Shown piece by piece: positions 1 to 10,629 of a stretch of 64,000 bases of DNA. The stretch is taken from positions 512,001-576,000 of the forward strand of contig CAWJRG010000005.1 of assembly GCA_963845185.1 (NCBI GenBank), read 5' to 3'. Position numbers and translations under genes: made by a program. The stretch is from an uncultured bacterium. Its GTDB lineage: Bacteria; Oederibacteriota; PGYV01; CAWJRG01. The first letter of the stretch is position 1; each line of letters opens with the position of its first letter. The notes under the pieces are model-generated. The model did no database searches. It was not told where the DNA came from and saw nothing but the letters and a program-made list of their open reading frames with translations.

Positions 1-3000
1 GCGTATTTGTAGGCGTGCTCGTTGCAGTCCATGTTGGCGAACTGGTAGGCGTGAATGTCGGTGTATTTGTTGCTGAACTCGTCGGCGTCCACGTTGGTGT
101 ACTTGTCGGCGATACTGTAGGCGTGCAGAAACCCGCAAGCACGTTGAAATTATTGACTACAAAATAACCCAGTGTTCCTGTTGTTGAATTTGCGGCAATA
201 CCCACCCAGTATGTGGTATTCATGGCTATGGTCAGGGACGCAACCGGTATCCATGCAACCCCGTCGCTCGAATAATACCCTGCAAACATGGTACCAACCC
301 TCTGCAGTCTTACATATCCTATGCCAGCGTTGTTATAAGTACCATTCCCGCTGCTTGTATTTGTATTAGCCGCGCCGGTCGTGGCCCTATGGATAAAATT
401 ATATACCCCTGACCACTGCGCGCTTATGAAAGCAAAAGTGCTGTTTGTTTCAAGCGTTTCCCTCATCATAATCCCGGCCCTTGAGGAAGCTGCCAGGTTT
501 GAAACACCATCTATGACCAGGGTCACATCCATGTCGCCCGAAACCGGCTGGTATATGTATCTTAACGAATCTGAAGTGCTGCCCACCATTGGGCTGCCGG
601 CAGCCGTGATAGTCAGGGCTCCGCCTCCCTCTGTCTGCGATCCCGCCATGCCGGGAGTGCCTATGTCTGACGCGCCCCAAATGCCTGAATTAAACGAGCT
701 GCCGCTGAACGTGTCGCTCTGCACGCATTGCGGGATTATGGGGGTATCTGTTATTGTAATTGTCGCTGTCGCCGTCAAAGTCCCTGTTATCGTGAAAGTC
801 GGGCTTATCGTCCCTGTCCATGTCGGTGTATTTGTCGGAGTAAATGTCGGGCTTGATGTCCCTGTCCACGTCGGCGTGAATGTTGGGCTGTTTGTCCCTG
901 TCCAAGTCGGAGTATTTGTCGGTGTCCACGTTGGTGTGTTTGTTATCGTCCATGTCGGCGTATTTGTCGGCGAATCCGTCGGCGTCCATGTCGGTGTCCA
1001 CGTCGGTGTACTCGTAGGCGTATTTGTCGGCGAATCCGTCGGCGTCCATGTCGGTGTCCACGTCGGTGTACTCGTAGGCGTATTTGTCGGCGAATCCGTC
1101 GGCGTCCATGTCGGTGTCCACGTCGGTGTACTCGTAGGCGTATTTGTCGGCGTGAATGTCGGGCTAGATGTCAGTGTCCATGTCGGTGTGTTTGTCGGCG
1201 TTACTGTAAACGTCGGTGTCACTACTGTCACTGACTGCGAATCCCCTGCCGGCGCAGTGCAGAAATACGTTCCATTTACCACGCAGGGAAACGTCTGAAC
1301 CCCAGACGGCAATATCGCGTTAAATGTTATTATGTCAAAATTCGGAGTGCTGGCATTGTTCCATTGCGGACTGTATGTTACAAGTATGTTATTTCCGGGA
1401 CGGGTTATGCTTCCTCCCATCTGGCTTGCGGGTGTGCCTAATATTGATACCGCTCCCGGTACTCCTATTAATACGCTCGTTATCGGCCCATCCCCTACTG
1501 CGTCAACGTAATAACTGTATGTTACCGTGTCTCCTGCCACTGCCTGGTTCGGCTGGATGTACGTGTATGCCAAAGGCGTTGATGTTGGCGTCGCAGTTAT
1601 GCTCGGCGTTGCTGTTGGTGTCCATGTCGCTGTGTTCGTTGGTGTCCATGTTGGTGAACTAGTCGGCGTCCATGTTGGCGTGTCTGTCGGACTCGATGTC
1701 GCTGTAAATGTAGGTGTAAATGTTGGTGTTGTTGTAGATGTGGGTGTTAATATTATTACTGTCTGCGAAGACCCATTGGGCACTGGGCAGAGATTTCCGT
1801 TTACAGCGCTTATGTATGTTTCCGAAGGCCCGCTCGATATTGCGCTGAATGTTATTATGTCGAAATTCGGGTCGCTATTATCGTTCCATCCTGCTCCGTA
1901 TGTCACTGTTATTGTATTTGCTCCCAAAACTACTGCCCCTCCATTATTGCTTGTTGGTGTACCACCTGTTACTGTCACGCCCCCTGGTATTGTTATTACA
2001 AGGCTTGTTATCGGCCCATCCCCTGCCGCGTCTACATAATAACTATATGATACCGTATCTCCTTCTACTGCCACTGTCGGCTGAATATACGCGTACGCGA
2101 ATGGCGTCGATGTGTTTGTCGGCGTCGCTGTCGGCGTCACTGTATTTGTCGGCGTCCATGTCCCCGTATTCGTCGGCGTCCACGTTAGCGTACCCGTCGG
2201 CGTATTTGTTGGTGAACCCGTGGGCGTCCATGTAGGCGTATTCGTCGGCGATATTGTCGCCGTGCAGAAACCCGCGAGCACGTTAAAATTATTTACAGCA
2301 AAAGCACCGAGCCCTGCTACTGTTGAATTTGAGGCAATGCCCACCCAGTATGTGGTGTTCATGGCTATGGTTACGGCCCCAGCCGGTATCCAGTTAACCC
2401 CGTTGCTCGAATAATACCCTCCAAATACATTCCCCACCCTCTGCAGTCTCACATAGCCTGTGCCTGTGAATGTGCCACTGCTTGTATTCACGTTGGCCGC
2501 GCCGGTCGTTGTCCGGCGTATAAAATTATATACCCCGATATGCTGTGCCGAGACGCAGGCGAACGTGCTGTTTGTTTCAAGCGATTCCCTCATCATAAGC
2601 CCAGCCTTTGCGTTATTTGCTACGCTTGAAATGCTGTCTACAAAAATGGTCACATCCATGTCGCCTGAAACCGGCTGGTATATATACCTGAAAGTATCGG
2701 AGTTGCCGCCTGTCAGGTTTGTGCCGCCGTCGGCCATGATTTGCAGAACTCCGCCTCCTTCCGTCTGCGACCCGGCCAAGCCTGCGCCTATGTCTGACGC
2801 GCCCCATATGCTTGAATTAAACGTACTGCCGCCGAACGTGTCGCTTTGCACGCATTGCGGGATTATGGGTGTATCTGTTACGGTGATTGTCTGTGTTGCA
2901 GTCAATGTTCCTGTTAGCGTAAATGTCGGGCTCGACGTTCCTGTCCAAGTAGGCGTGAATGTCGGGCTCGTTGTCGGTGTCCATGTCGGTGTATTCGTCG

Positions 3001-4993
3001 GTGTCCATGTTGTCGTATTCGTCGGCGTGTTTGTTGATGTGAATGTTGGGCTTGCTGTGGGAGTCCATGTCGGCGTAATGGTCTGGGTTACAGTGAATGT
3101 CGGCGTCACCACTGTCACTGACTGCGAATCCCCTGATGGCGCGCTGCAGAAATATGTGCCGTTTACCACTCCCGGAAATGTCTGTATCCCTGCCGGCAAT
3201 ATCGCGTTAAATGTTATTATGTCAAAATTCGGAGTGCTGCCGTTGCTCCATGGCTGGCTGTATGTTACAAGGATGGTGTTTCCGGGCCGCGTTATGCTTC
3301 CACCCATATTACTAATGGGAGTGCCTATTATTGATACCACTGCCGGTACTCCTATCAGCAGGGTCGTTATCGGCCCGTCTCCGACAGCGTCAACGTAATA
3401 ACTGTATGTTACCGTGTCTCCTGCCACTGCCTGGTTCGGCTGGATGTACGTATATACCAAAGGCGTTGATGTTGGCGTTGCAGTTATAGTCGGCGTTGCC
3501 GTATATGTCAATGTCCATGTGCCTGTTGCAGTAAATGTCGGGCTCGATGTCGTTGTATTTGTTGGTGTCCACGTTGGTGTGTTTGTCGGCGTAAACGTCG
3601 GACTGGATGTTGGTGTCCATGTAGGTGTAAATGTTGGGCTAGTCGTCGGTGTCCATGTCAGCGTGCTCGTAGGCGTCCATGTCGGTGTATGAGTCGGCGT
3701 CCATGTTTGAGTAACAGTAAGCGTCGGCGTAACTACTGTCACTGACTGAGAATATCCGTTTGGTGCAGAGCATAAATATGTGTTGTTTATCAGGCTTGTA
3801 TATGCTTGTGTCCCGGCATCAGATATTGCACTAAATATTATTATGTCAAAAGGCGGGTCGCTTTCGTTGTTCCATTGCGGGCTATATGATACATTTATAT
3901 TCCCTCCCAGCAAGCTTACGCTTCCGCCAATACTGCTTGTTGGAGTGTCTGGTATTGATACCCCTTCCGGAATTTCTATTATCAGGCTCGTTATTGGCCC
4001 ATCCCCTGCCGCGTTAACATAATAACTGTATGTTACTTTATCCCCTGCCACCGCCACTGTCGGCTGGATATACGCGTATGCCACAGGTGTTGACGTAGGT
4101 GTAAATGTCACGGTTATGGTTGCTGTCGGCGTATTAGTCGGCGTCCAAGTTGTAGTATGTGTTGGTGTCCATGTCGGCGTGTTAGTCAATGTCCATGTCG
4201 GTGTCCACGTCGGGCTGTATGTCGGAGTATTTGTAGGTGTCGGCGCGACTTGTAATTCGATTTCCAGCATTGCACAACGGGATGCAACAGTAGAATTATA
4301 AGTCACAGAATATGACCCTGCAGCGCCTGTTGTTATATCGTGCCCTGCTCCGCGTATGTAATTGGTTGTATTTTCAATATTCCAGCGTTCATTGGCCGTG
4401 GTCGTAAATACCATATCCCCGCCGCTTCTTTCAACAAATAGTCCTGAAATCCAGCTGTTGTTCTGTGCTGTATTGAATGTGACAGTCAATGTATTAGCAG
4501 TGGTAGCGCCTGCACCGGAATTGGCAACTCCGTTATTGCCAATTGAACTCACACCGTCATATTCTATGACGCCCATGCTAATCATATCGCCGGCGACACC
4601 TGAAGTGTTAACATTGATAGTGTATGTACCGTTTGGCGGGTTTTGCAAATACCATATTTCGCCTTCAAGGCCGAGAGTATTACCTAAATAAGCTGATGTT
4701 TTCGTTACACAGTTAAAAGCATAGCCGTCATACGAAACGCCGGATATTGACAACCACGTTCCTGGAGCTGAAGTTTCCCTGATGCCGCAGCTGAATATTA
4801 ACATCCTGTTTGTATTGCTGCTCGTGGCATAGGTAAAAGATGGGTCGGCTGTATTTGCGGTTGTGCTGTCCATGTTGTAATAACTTATGTCGGCAAAAAC
4901 AATGCCGGGCATAAATATAATGAAAAATAAGACCGCAAATGCACTTATTGTGAAATGGAATCCCGGCTTTTTGAATAAAAACTTTTTTTTCAC
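1..4993 (-). CDS. Giant secreted multidomain surface protein with Thr/Pro(Trp) linkers, repeated beta-rich domains and ConA/LamG-like domains; 3' end outside window
   Basis: GAGG then GTG at 4993; translates [39 protein letters not shown] (signal peptide). The same frame reads T/P-rich linker sequence at the window start. Absent from the ORF track, consistent with no in-window stop. Confidence 0.9.
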   Translation of the reverse strand, partial: MKKKFLFKKPGFHFTISAFAVLFFIIFMPGIVFADISYYNMDSTTANTADPSFTYATSSNTNRMLIFSCGIRETSAPGTWLSISGVSYDGYAFNCVTKTSAYLGNTLGLEGEIWYLQNPPNGTYTINVNTSGVAGDMISMGVIEYDGVSSIGNNGVANSGAGATTANTLTVTFNTAQNNSWISGLFVERSGGDMVFTTTANERWNIENTTNYIRGAGHDITTGAAGSYSVTYNSTVASRCAMLEIELQVAPTPTNTPTYSPTWTPTWTLTNTPTWTPTHTTTWTPTNTPTATITVTFTPTSTPVAYAYIQPTVAVAGDKVTYSYYVNAAGDGPITSLIIEIPEGVSIPDTPTSSIGGSVSLLGGNINVSYSPQWNNESDPPFDIIIFSAISDAGTQAYTSLINNTYLCSAPNGYSQSVTVVTPTLTVTQTWTPTHTPTWTPTSTLTWTPTTSPTFTPTWTPTSSPTFTPTNTPTWTPTNTTTSSPTFTATGTWTLTYTATPTITATPTSTPLVYTYIQPNQAVAGDTVTYSYYVDAVGDGPITTLLIGVPAVVSIIGTPISNMGGSITRPGNTILVTYSQPWSNGSTPNFDIITFNAILPAGIQTFPGVVNGTYFCSAPSGDSQSVTVVTPTFTVTQTITPTWTPTASPTFTSTNTPTNTTTWTPTNTPTWTPTTSPTFTPTWTGTSSPTFTLTGTLTATQTITVTDTPIIPQCVQSDTFGGSTFNSSIWGASDIGAGLAGSQTEGGGVLQIMADGGTNLTGGNSDTFRYIYQPVSGDMDVTIFVDSISSVANNAKAGLMMRESLETNSTFACVSAQHIGVYNFIRRTTTGAANVNTSSGTFTGTGYVRLQRVGNVFGGYYSSNGVNWIPAGAVTIAMNTTYWVGIASNSTVAGLGAFAVNNFNVLAGFCTATISPTNTPTWTPTGSPTNTPTGTLTWTPTNTGTWTPTNTVTPTATPTNTSTPFAYAYIQPTVAVEGDTVSYSYYVDAAGDGPITSLVITIPGGVTVTGGTPTSNNGGAVVLGANTITVTYGAGWNDNSDPNFDIITFSAISSGPSETYISAVNGNLCPVPNGSSQTVIILTPTSTTTPTFTPTFTATSSPTDTPTWTPTSSPTWTPTNTATWTPTATPSITATPTSTPLAYTYIQPNQAVAGDTVTYSYYVDAVGDGPITSVLIGVPGAVSILGTPASQMGGSITRPGNNILVTYSPQWNNASTPNFDIITFNAILPSGVQTFPCVVNGTYFCTAPAGDSQSVTVVTPTFTVTPTNTPTWTLTSSPTFTPTNTPTSTPTWTPTWTPTDSPTNTPTSTPTWTPTWTPTDSPTNTPTSTPTWTPTWTPTDSPTNTPTWTITNTPTWTPTNTPTWTGTNSPTFTPTWTGTSSPTFTPTNTPTWTGTISPTFTITGTLTATATITITDTPIIPQCVQSDTFSGSSFNSGIWGASDIGTPGMAGSQTEGGGALTITAAGSPMVGSTSDSLRYIYQPVSGDMDVTLVIDGVSNLAASSRAGIMMRETLETNSTFAFISAQWSGVYNFIHRATTGAANTNTSSGNGTYNNAGIGYVRLQRVGTMFAGYYSSDGVAWIPVASLTIAMNTTYWVGIAANSTTGTLGYFVVNNFNVLAGFCTPTVSPTSTPTWTPTSSATNTPTFTPTSSPTWTATSTPTNT
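957..1152. repeat. Exact 60-bp tandem repeat x3 (plus partial) inside the Thr/Pro linker
   Basis: Lines starting at 961, 1021 and 1081 are identical. Confidence 0.95.
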
Positions 4994-5119
4994 ATTTTAC
5001 CTCATTGCTGTCCGGAACCGGCAATTTACAACAGCAGTATGTCCCTAAATATCAGGCATACCAGTTTCCGGACAACTATTCATCCCAGAAAGGCTTGATT
5101 ATGCTTTTCCTTAATGATA

Positions 5120-5148
5120 ATTATACAATATACACTCCTGTTTATCAA
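5120..5148 (-). promoter_or_regulatory. sigma70-type promoter for the giant surface protein gene
   Basis: TTGATA-N17-TATAAT on the minus strand, about 125 nt upstream of the GTG. Confidence 0.65.
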
Positions 5149-5233
5149 ACCTAATTTTCTTGCGGATTATTTGACTTTTTTCGTACCAAAATGCGGTTTT
5201 ATGCTTTATTTAAAAGCATTTTTAGGAAGTTTA

Positions 5234-6112
5234 CTATTTTTTCTTTGCCCTTGGATGTGCCTTTTCGTATTCCCTTTTTAATTTTGCGATTGAAAGGTGG
5301 GTATATATCTGTGTCGTTGAAAGGTTTGCATGCCCCAGGAGTTCCTGCACCGCTCGCAGGTCCGCTCCCCTGTCGAGCAGATGCGTGGCAAAAGAATGCC
5401 GCAGCGTATGCGGTGTTACTTTTTTTTCAATTCCGGCGCGCCTCGCGTATTTTATTATCATTATTTCCACGCTTCTCGGAGTCAGCCTTCCCTTGTTCCT
5501 GTTTATAAAAAGCGTTTTACCGGCATCGTATGTTTTGAGCTGTTTTAAGTACTCCTTCAAAAGATTGAGCACCGCGCCGCCTATGGGCGCTATCCTCTCT
5601 TTTGAGCCTTTGCCGAAAACTTTTATTTCTTCGTTTATGAAATCTATGTTTTCAATGTTCAGACCCGTGAGTTCGCTCACCCTGATTCCCGCCGAATAAA
5701 TGAGCTCGAGTATCGTTCTGTCGCGCAGTCCGGAAAAATCCTTTGTTTCTATCGAGTCCAGAAGTTTTGCCGTTTCCTCCTCGGTCAAAAAAGACGGGAG
5801 TTTTTTTTCCTTTTTCGGAGTCAGTATGTACGCGAACGGGTTTTTTTGTATTTTTTTGTTCCTGATGAGGTATTTATAAAAATTCCTGACCGCTATTATT
5901 TTCCTTATTACGGAATTCCTGCTGAGCTTTCTTTTGTTTAGCGATTCAATAAACCCCCTTATTTCCGCGTCGCTTACCCCGGTTTGCCCTTTTGTAAACT
6001 GCAGGAACTGCTTTATGTCGTTTACGTAGTTTATTACGGTTTTTTTTGAATAGTTTCTTTCGTTGCTTAAAAAACTCGCGTATTCATTCAGTTCTTTGTT
6101 TTCTTCATTCAT
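5234..6112 (-). CDS. xerC: Tyrosine recombinase XerC/XerD family
   Basis: GIRVSEL, GKGSKER, HTLRHSFATHLL, LGH..LSTTQIY motifs; follows topA. Confidence 0.9.
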   Translation of the reverse strand: MNEENKELNEYASFLSNERNYSKKTVINYVNDIKQFLQFTKGQTGVSDAEIRGFIESLNKRKLSRNSVIRKIIAVRNFYKYLIRNKKIQKNPFAYILTPKKEKKLPSFLTEEETAKLLDSIETKDFSGLRDRTILELIYSAGIRVSELTGLNIENIDFINEEIKVFGKGSKERIAPIGGAVLNLLKEYLKQLKTYDAGKTLFINRNKGRLTPRSVEIMIIKYARRAGIEKKVTPHTLRHSFATHLLDRGADLRAVQELLGHANLSTTQIYTHLSIAKLKREYEKAHPRAKKK

Positions 6113-8435
6113 TTTCTTTTACTGGCTTGTCTTCCTTGAACTCGCATTTTTTGCAGTATATGACCGTTTTGTCCTTTTTCCATTTTTCCAGCAGGAAAGG
6201 CGCGCCGCACACCGGGCACTTCCTGTCCACGGGTTTGTCCCACACCATGAATTTGCAGTTGGGGTAATTCGAGCACCCGTAAAATTTCCTGTATTTCTTG
6301 AATGTGCGCTCGATTATGTCGCCTGTGCCACAGTCCGGGCATTTGATTCCGGTCGATATGATTATCTGCCTCGTGTACTTGCATGCCGGGTAATTAGAAC
6401 AGGCTATGAACTTCCCAAAAGGCCCCTGCTTTATGACCAGCGGTGCGCCGTCATTCGGGCATTTCTCGTCTATCTTGTCTTCCGGTTTCTGCTCGCCGAG
6501 CGGCTTTGTGTTCTTGCAGTCCGGGTATCCCGAACAGGCAAGGAACTTGCCGTGCCTGCCCCACTTTACTATCATTTTTTTTCCGCACAACTCGCACACC
6601 TTGCCGGTTTCCGTTTCTATTATTTTTTTTGTGTCTATCATGTTAGGCTCGGCTTTCTTCAGCAGCTGCTCAAAATTCACGTAAAAATTTTTAAGCAGCT
6701 GGTGCCATTCCACGGCGCCTTCCTCTACAGCGTCGAGGTCGTCCTCCATCTTGGCGGTGAATTCCTCGTTTATGATTTCAGAAAAATTCTTCGCGAGTAT
6801 GTCCCACACAATCGTGCCAAGCTCGGTGGGCTTAAATTTTCCCCTGTCCCTCTCCACGTATTTCCTTATGACTATTGTGGAAATGATAGGCGCGTAAGTC
6901 GAAGGCCTGCCGATGTCTTTTTCCTCGAGCGCCTTTACGAGCGTGGCGTCGGTATACGCCGGCGGCGGCTGCGTAAAATGCTGCCCCGGCAGGAGCTCAA
7001 CCAGATCCAGTTTTTCGTTCATATTTAATTCCGGCAGCTGGTTTTCCTGCAGTATTTCCTTGTCCGCATCCGGTTCCTTGTTGTTCCCGTTTTCGTTGCC
7101 GTTATCGCTTTCCGCATCTGCGGCCTTGACAATGTCGTAAACCTTTAAAAAACCGTCGAATTTCTTGACCGAGCCGTTTGCCTGCAGAAGGTAAGCGCCT
7201 GCCTGTATTTTTACCCTGGTATCGTCGAATACGGCCTGGGTCATCTGCGAAGCGACGAATCTCTTCCATATCAGCGAATACAGTTTATACTGTTCCGGGC
7301 TCAGGCTTTGTTTCAAGTCTTCCGGGTTTCTTAAAACCGATGACGGCCTTATGGCTTCATGCGCGTCCTGTGATGATTTTTTGCTTTTATAAAAATTGGG
7401 CGTCTCAGGCGCGTATGCCGGTCCGAAATCCGCGCGGATATAGTCAAGCGCTTCTTTCTGCGCTTCGGCCGCCACTCTCAAAGAATCTGTCCTCATATAT
7501 GTTATTAATCCTACATGCCCCTCGCCGTGTATCAGCACTCCTTCGTAAAGCTGCTGGGCTATGACCATTGTTTTCTGGGCAGTGTACCTGTAGCGCTTTG
7601 CAGCTTCCTGCTGCATTGTGCTTGTGATAAAAGGAGGCAGCGGTTTGCGCGACCTTTCCTTTTTCTGTATGTCGGAAACAATATAAGACTGGGCCTTCAA
7701 TTCCTCAACTATTTTATCTGCTTCTTCCTTTATTTTAACTTCAATTTTTTGACCGTCTTTTTCAGTAAGTTTTGCGGTCAGCTTCTGCTTGCCTGCGTTT
7801 TCAAGCAGGGCTTCCACGCTCCAGTATTCCATTGGCTGGAAAGCGTCTATTTCCTTCTGCCTGTCCACTATCAGTTTGAGCGCGACCGACTGCACTCTGC
7901 CGGCCGACAGACCTTTTCTTATGGTCTTCCACAAAAGCGGGCTTATCTTGTATCCCACCAGCCTGTCCAGTATCCTCCGCGCCTGCTGGGCGTTGACCAG
8001 ATTCATGTTTATTTCCTGCGGGTTTTCCAGGGATTTAAGCACGGCTGTTTTTGTTATCTCGTTGAACATCACCCTTGAGATTTTAGCGTCGCCCTGTTTT
8101 TTGAGCTCGTCTGCAACGTGCCAGCATATTGCCTCGCCCTCCCTGTCAGGGTCTGCGCCGAGGAATATTTCACTGGCTCCCTTTACTTCCTTTTTTATTT
8201 CGCTTAAAATTTTCCTTTTGTCGCGCATTACTATATATGATGGCTCAAAATTGTTTTCCACGTCCACGCCAAGCTTGCTTTTGGGAAGGTCCTTAAGATG
8301 CCCTTTTGTCGCCAGTACCTTGTATCCGGCACCCAAAAACTTTTTTATGGTATGGACTTTTGTCGGCGACTCGACTATCAATACTTTTCCCGGACCTGCT
8401 TTTGATTTCTTTTTGCTCTTTTCAGTATTTTCCAA
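6105..8435 (-). CDS. topA: DNA topoisomerase I with C-terminal Zn ribbons
   Basis: IVESPTK, DPDREGE, GRVQS, ITYMRTD, multiple C4 Zn-ribbon repeats. Confidence 0.97.
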   Translation of the reverse strand: MENTEKSKKKSKAGPGKVLIVESPTKVHTIKKFLGAGYKVLATKGHLKDLPKSKLGVDVENNFEPSYIVMRDKRKILSEIKKEVKGASEIFLGADPDREGEAICWHVADELKKQGDAKISRVMFNEITKTAVLKSLENPQEINMNLVNAQQARRILDRLVGYKISPLLWKTIRKGLSAGRVQSVALKLIVDRQKEIDAFQPMEYWSVEALLENAGKQKLTAKLTEKDGQKIEVKIKEEADKIVEELKAQSYIVSDIQKKERSRKPLPPFITSTMQQEAAKRYRYTAQKTMVIAQQLYEGVLIHGEGHVGLITYMRTDSLRVAAEAQKEALDYIRADFGPAYAPETPNFYKSKKSSQDAHEAIRPSSVLRNPEDLKQSLSPEQYKLYSLIWKRFVASQMTQAVFDDTRVKIQAGAYLLQANGSVKKFDGFLKVYDIVKAADAESDNGNENGNNKEPDADKEILQENQLPELNMNEKLDLVELLPGQHFTQPPPAYTDATLVKALEEKDIGRPSTYAPIISTIVIRKYVERDRGKFKPTELGTIVWDILAKNFSEIINEEFTAKMEDDLDAVEEGAVEWHQLLKNFYVNFEQLLKKAEPNMIDTKKIIETETGKVCELCGKKMIVKWGRHGKFLACSGYPDCKNTKPLGEQKPEDKIDEKCPNDGAPLVIKQGPFGKFIACSNYPACKYTRQIIISTGIKCPDCGTGDIIERTFKKYRKFYGCSNYPNCKFMVWDKPVDRKCPVCGAPFLLEKWKKDKTVIYCKKCEFKEDKPVKENE

Positions 8436-8464
8436 TGTCTTCTCCCGTAATTTTTAACCTTGCC

Positions 8465-9586
8465 TTACTTCGTCCTTACGAAATTTTTCCCGCTCAACTG
8501 CCTGACCACGCCTTTTAATTCCAGCATTGTCATGATTCCGGCCAATTTAAATACATCCATATTACTTTCGATTGCGATATTGTCAATATGTTTTTTCTCA
8601 AACCCTATTGCCTCGACTATTTTTCTTTCGCTTTCATTCAGGTCAACAAGCTCCAGTTCCGCCTGTATATCCTCTTTCCTGTCGTCTTTTAAAAATATTT
8701 CGAACTCTTCCATGATATCTTTCGCGTTTTGCACAAGCTTTGCTCCCTGGGAAATCAGGCCGTTCGTCCCGACTGACTTTTCATAAAAAATACTCCCGGG
8801 TATGGCAAAGACTTCCCTGCCCTGCTCGAGCGCGCAGTCTGCGGTTATCAGTGCGCCGCTTCTTCTCCCGGCCTCGACAATAAGCACGCCGTCGGACAGG
8901 CCGCTTATAAGCCGGTTTCTGCGCGGAAAATTTTGTTTTAAAGGCAGCATTGCAAGCGGGAACTCCGAAATGACCAGGCCGTTCTTTATTATATTTTTTG
9001 TCATGTAATGTTTTTCAAGCGGATGAACCATGTTCATTCCAAACCCGAGCACAGCGATGGTGAAAAACCCGTTTTTTAACGCTTCCATGTGCGCCACGGA
9101 ATCTATGCCCCGCGCCATGCCGCTGACGATTATAAAATCACGCTTTGTTTCCTTCATTTCTTTCATGATTTTTTGCAGCGCCCTTTCGCCGTAATCGGTC
9201 GCTGCCCTGGTGCCGACAACTCCTATATTCAAGGCGGATTTTGGTATGGAATCGAAGGCGCCTGCGCAGTACAAGACAGGCGGCGGGTCAAATATTTTTT
9301 TCAGAAGCAGCGGGTAGTCCTCGTCGTATATGGTGATTATTTTTATATTTTTTTCTTCAGCTTCCTTTAACTCGTTTTCAAGCGAGTAATACTCGTCAAA
9401 ATTTTTTATGTATTTTATTATCTCGTCCCCTATGCCGTCGACAGCTGTTAATTCTTCGCAGGAAGCTCCAAACGCGTCTTTCGGGTTTTTAAACCTGCCT
9501 ATAAGCCTGTTCAGCCTCACGCTGCCGACGCCCGGCACCATGTTGAGCGCGATTAAGGCTTCTTTTTCAGTCATATTTTCATTCAT
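8465..9586 (-). CDS. dprA: DNA-processing protein DprA
   Basis: VGTR, VSGMARGIDS, FPRRNRLISGLS, SGALITA, C-terminal winged helix. Start probably MNENMTEK (9586) or 9574; the ORF-track extension runs through a repeat element. Confidence 0.95.
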   Translation of the reverse strand: MNENMTEKEALIALNMVPGVGSVRLNRLIGRFKNPKDAFGASCEELTAVDGIGDEIIKYIKNFDEYYSLENELKEAEEKNIKIITIYDEDYPLLLKKIFDPPPVLYCAGAFDSIPKSALNIGVVGTRAATDYGERALQKIMKEMKETKRDFIIVSGMARGIDSVAHMEALKNGFFTIAVLGFGMNMVHPLEKHYMTKNIIKNGLVISEFPLAMLPLKQNFPRRNRLISGLSDGVLIVEAGRRSGALITADCALEQGREVFAIPGSIFYEKSVGTNGLISQGAKLVQNAKDIMEEFEIFLKDDRKEDIQAELELVDLNESERKIVEAIGFEKKHIDNIAIESNMDVFKLAGIMTMLELKGVVRQLSGKNFVRTK

Positions 9587-9587
9587 G

Positions 9588-9702
9588 AGTGGAACCCCGC
9601 CGACACGAGTCGGCGGCTCCTTTAAAAACCACCGGAGGTTATCATAAGTTCCCTCCGGAAAGGTATAATTAATCCCCCACAAAATCGGGGGGATTTCTTT
9701 CT
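9588..9702 (-). repeat. Diverged copy of three-hairpin element C in the dprA leader
   Basis: AGTGGA + hairpin + CCTTTAAAAA + TCCCTCC + CCC..GGG hairpin, in the same order as the copies at 49253 and 49985. Confidence 0.6.
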
Positions 9703-9757
9703 GGATTTATTTTCACTCGGTTTTGTTAATTTTATTCAGGAATCTAAAATTTGGATA

Positions 9758-9786
9758 ATAATATATAGAATTTTTAATAATGTCAA
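9758..9786 (-). promoter_or_regulatory. sigma70-type promoter for dprA-topA-xerC
   Basis: TTGACA-N17-TATTAT. Confidence 0.65.
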
Positions 9787-9827
9787 GTTTATCTTGCCGT
9801 CGATAGAAAAAAATTATTGGCTGATTT

Positions 9828-10598
9828 TTACCAGCCTTCTTTTTCATCGGGATTTGGCTTGTTGTTTTTTTCACCCAGTGAAAAATCAAAAACAATGCCG
9901 GCTCCGAAATATGGCCCGGAATAGTCAAGGTTTCCATTCTCGGTAACCGTCTCGTACCCCGTTTCATTATAATTAACTTCTGTGCTGCCTTTGGCTACCC
10001 TGTATCCGCCCTTCAAAGATATCGCGAATGACTTTAAAATCCACAGGTCTACGCCGCATTCTATATTGACGCCGAAGAAAAAAGGTTTCCAGTCGCGCGT
10101 GACTTCATATGCTTCCGTGCCGTCCTGATTATATAATTCTTCCTTAATATGGTTGTTGAAATAATAATAGGCGCCCGCGTCCGCGCCCAGGTACATGGCC
10201 ATAAAATATTTTCTCAGTCCTAATCCGCTGTAAAAAACCGAAAAATCCGAATCAACAGTGTAAAGCGCCTGGCCTGGCGACCAGTATGCAATCGTTTGCT
10301 TGTCGGGTAAACCCAGCCAGTAGTTCTTGAAGTACACGCCCCATTCGCCCGCGTTTTTGCTGTCCATCTTCATGACATAATTAATTTCCACAAAAGGGCC
10401 GGCGTTGAGTTTTGTGAATTGGGCTTTTAGGTCGTATCCCTTGAAATAAAGCTCATTTTCCTGCATTTCCTTGTTGTAATCCGTCAGGGCCGCATTGTTA
10501 TAACCGCTGAATATCTCCAGGCAATTTTTGTTTTCCGCGTAAAGGTTAAAAGAACATAATATGCAGAATAAAATAAAAAGTGTTGTGTGTTTTTTCAT
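9828..10598 (-). CDS. Exported protein, probable outer-membrane beta-barrel
   Basis: Signal peptide MKKHTTLFILFCILCSFNLYA; aromatic/Gly alternating strands ending YSGPYFGAGIVFDF. Confidence 0.6.
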   Translation of the reverse strand: MKKHTTLFILFCILCSFNLYAENKNCLEIFSGYNNAALTDYNKEMQENELYFKGYDLKAQFTKLNAGPFVEINYVMKMDSKNAGEWGVYFKNYWLGLPDKQTIAYWSPGQALYTVDSDFSVFYSGLGLRKYFMAMYLGADAGAYYYFNNHIKEELYNQDGTEAYEVTRDWKPFFFGVNIECGVDLWILKSFAISLKGGYRVAKGSTEVNYNETGYETVTENGNLDYSGPYFGAGIVFDFSLGEKNNKPNPDEKEGW

Positions 10599-10629
10599 TC
10601 TCCCCCTTTGCTCCCCGCTCAGCATGTCT

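Noticed and set aside
957..1152. Possible CRISPR array
   Set aside because: Head-to-tail identical units with no unique spacers, in-frame in a CDS, and no cas genes.
172..4691. Plus-strand Val/Gly-rich ORFs (VGVHVGV) and short Asp-rich minus ORFs
   Set aside because: Antisense or alternate-frame shadows of the Thr/Pro repeats of the giant minus-strand gene.
4728..5024. 98-aa minus ORF
   Set aside because: Out-of-frame overlap with the real start of the giant gene.
5234..6112. Integrase marking a prophage or island
   Set aside because: Housekeeping dprA-topA-xerC context; no att site, tRNA or phage genes seen.
6063..8457. Long plus-strand ORFs opposite topA (similarly opposite cheA, nadE, glpK)
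   Set aside because: Antisense shadows with no recognisable motifs.
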